From positions 64,001-128,000 of the forward strand of contig JBCCEA010000004.1 of assembly GCA_039030515.1 (NCBI GenBank): a stretch of DNA of 64,000 nt, written 5' to 3'. This document shows positions 62,394 through 64,000 of the stretch, in pieces (the stretch's first letter is position 1; every line of letters begins with the position of its first letter). Source of the DNA: Myxococcota bacterium (GTDB taxonomy: Bacteria > Myxococcota_A > Polyangia > Polyangiales > Houyiibacteriaceae). A program made the translations under genes and the position numbers. Under the pieces are notes generated by a model. The model searched no databases, was not told where the DNA came from, and saw only the letters and a program-made list of their open reading frames with translations.

Positions 62394-64000
62394 GTGACGA
62401 AGCGTAACGTCCGCAGGTACCTCAAACGTTTGCGACGGCGGGCGCTTCTCTTTCGATGCATCCAAGCACTGATCGCGGGATCCTCGACGGGCCTGGTTTT
62501 GTTCGCCGCAGCGTCTTTTGCCATCGGCCCAGTCGCTTCCGAGCATGCAGTGATCCTGACCTGGATCGGTCTTGGAGCGACAACCGGACTGGTAAGCCTT
62601 GGGCAAGTGCTCCCCGCCATCGCTCTAAAATCCACAAAAGCAGCGCACCTTCTCGCAAGCACGACATTCGAGGGCCGTTCGATCGAATCTGCGGTCAGGA
62701 GCGCAGCGGAGATCGAGAAGCAACAGGTCTTGAGCGCAGACAATTCGAGCGAACTCGCCCGAGCGCACCACCAACGCGTATTGAAGCAACTGGATCAAAT
62801 CCCCACTTCGTCCGTTCTGCCATGGACGACGCTGAAGCAACCGAAAGTCGCTGGATACCTCGCAGCGCTGACCATCGCGGCAGCCCTTTTGACCGCCTCC
62901 GACCGAACGGCTTCCGGTGCGTTTGCTCTGACCCATGCGACGGCGACGCTCCAAAACGAAATGGCGATTGCGGATGTAGTGCGCACATTCGACGTCGAAC
63001 TGACTTTTCCCGCCTATCATCGACGTCCTCCACTTGAGCTGCACGACCCGAACGCGATCTTTGGACCCGAAGGAACCAGTGTTGCCGTGCGGGTGGTCAC
63101 TCGCGTGGCGTCTCGAGCCGCCAAACTCAAGCTGGGCACAGAGGAACGCTCGCTCCAGAACGTATCCCCGTTCACCTACGAGGGATCTTTTGTTCTAAAG
63201 CATGATCAGTTACTTCGAACCTACCTCGAGTCCTCCGAGAGCGGTTGGCTGGCAGAAGCCCGTGAGCGACGGATCGAAGTCGAGTCAGATCCTCCACCGG
63301 TCGTGCGGTTAAGCGCTCCGAGTGCGGATGTTCTGCTCGAGAGCCCGAATGACACTATCGATGTAATTTTCGAAGCAGAAGACGAGATCGGCCTTTCAGA
63401 TGTGTCGGTTGTCGTGCGGCTCGAAGACGGTTCAGAACATCGAGCCTACGATCAAAGCTTCGAGATCACGCCGCCTCGACACAGTTACGAAAAGGCGCTT
63501 TCCCTTCGTCTTGACGTGCTCGATCTGGAGCCGGGAGACGAGATCACGCTTCGTGTGGAAGCACGCGACCACAATCGAATCCGAGGCCCTTCGGTCGGAC
63601 GTTCTGAAGAGCGGACGATTCGAATCGCCTCAGAGCGCACCCGCCGCATGAGGATGCTGCGCTCTTTTGCCTCCTTGGTGGACCAGGGCGTACATGTCTT
63701 GGCCGACCGACTCGAAAAGGATGTGCCGTCTCCGCTTGCCGAAAGCATGGAGCGCGCAAGGAGCCTACGCCGAGCCACACTGGAGTTCTCCAAGGCCATG
63801 GAGACCCTGGCTTTGGACCACCAACCCTCGTTTCGTCCCGCCAGAAGGTCGGAGAACCTTCTGCGTTTGCAGGCTAGAGAAGCAGCGGCGCATCGGCACT
63901 CCGCTTCGTTCGAGCGACGCAAGCAGGTAAACCAAAACATCATAGAAGCCCTCGAGGACACCGCTGTCGAACTGAAGGACGCGCTGGAACACGCTCGCAG
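62394..64000 (+). CDS. DUF4175-like large membrane protein; runs off the window end
   Basis: Frame begins MTKRNVRRYLKRLRRRA, has TM segments, LTFPAY, DPPPVVRL, AEDEIGLS, LEPGDEITLRVEARD; same frame at the window end; absent from the ORF track because there is no stop. Confidence 0.75.
   Translation, partial: MTKRNVRRYLKRLRRRALLFRCIQALIAGSSTGLVLFAAASFAIGPVASEHAVILTWIGLGATTGLVSLGQVLPAIALKSTKAAHLLASTTFEGRSIESAVRSAAEIEKQQVLSADNSSELARAHHQRVLKQLDQIPTSSVLPWTTLKQPKVAGYLAALTIAAALLTASDRTASGAFALTHATATLQNEMAIADVVRTFDVELTFPAYHRRPPLELHDPNAIFGPEGTSVAVRVVTRVASRAAKLKLGTEERSLQNVSPFTYEGSFVLKHDQLLRTYLESSESGWLAEARERRIEVESDPPPVVRLSAPSADVLLESPNDTIDVIFEAEDEIGLSDVSVVVRLEDGSEHRAYDQSFEITPPRHSYEKALSLRLDVLDLEPGDEITLRVEARDHNRIRGPSVGRSEERTIRIASERTRRMRMLRSFASLVDQGVHVLADRLEKDVPSPLAESMERARSLRRATLEFSKAMETLALDHQPSFRPARRSENLLRLQAREAAAHRHSASFERRKQVNQNIIEALEDTAVELKDALEHAR

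Overview
A gene-dense, GC-rich chromosomal segment. Gene content (RomR-like regulator next to valS, TsaP-like LysM protein, many Cys-rich lipoproteins, FHA-fused cyclases) points to a myxobacterium (Myxococcota); this is an inference. It holds about 44 CDSs. Housekeeping genes: valS, polA, ffh, accA, rpoZ, groES/groEL, trmB, dacB, 2-oxoacid:ferredoxin oxidoreductase, ogt. Also present: an RpoD-like sigma factor, a Gld-type ABC operon, a dense set of second-messenger genes (stand-alone MshEN, REC-GAF-HD-GYP, FHA-GGDEF, FHA-GAF-adenylate cyclase, GAF-GAF kinase) and a three-gene VWA/Cys-rich surface lipoprotein operon. I saw no rRNA, tRNA, CRISPR array or mobile element. The most notable unexplained patterns are: (1) about 11 short (15-22 bp) tandem duplications, five of which span a stop codon; (2) a repeated -10-box-then-start-codon (leaderless) signature; (3) two uncharacterised genes, one with a zincin-like motif, divergent from groESL beside a second CIRCE; (4) a VWA adhesin-like operon with an inserted module; (5) a sigma factor with a natural Q437H-equivalent change behind a sigma54-type promoter. 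All product calls come from motif recognition by eye, with no database search.
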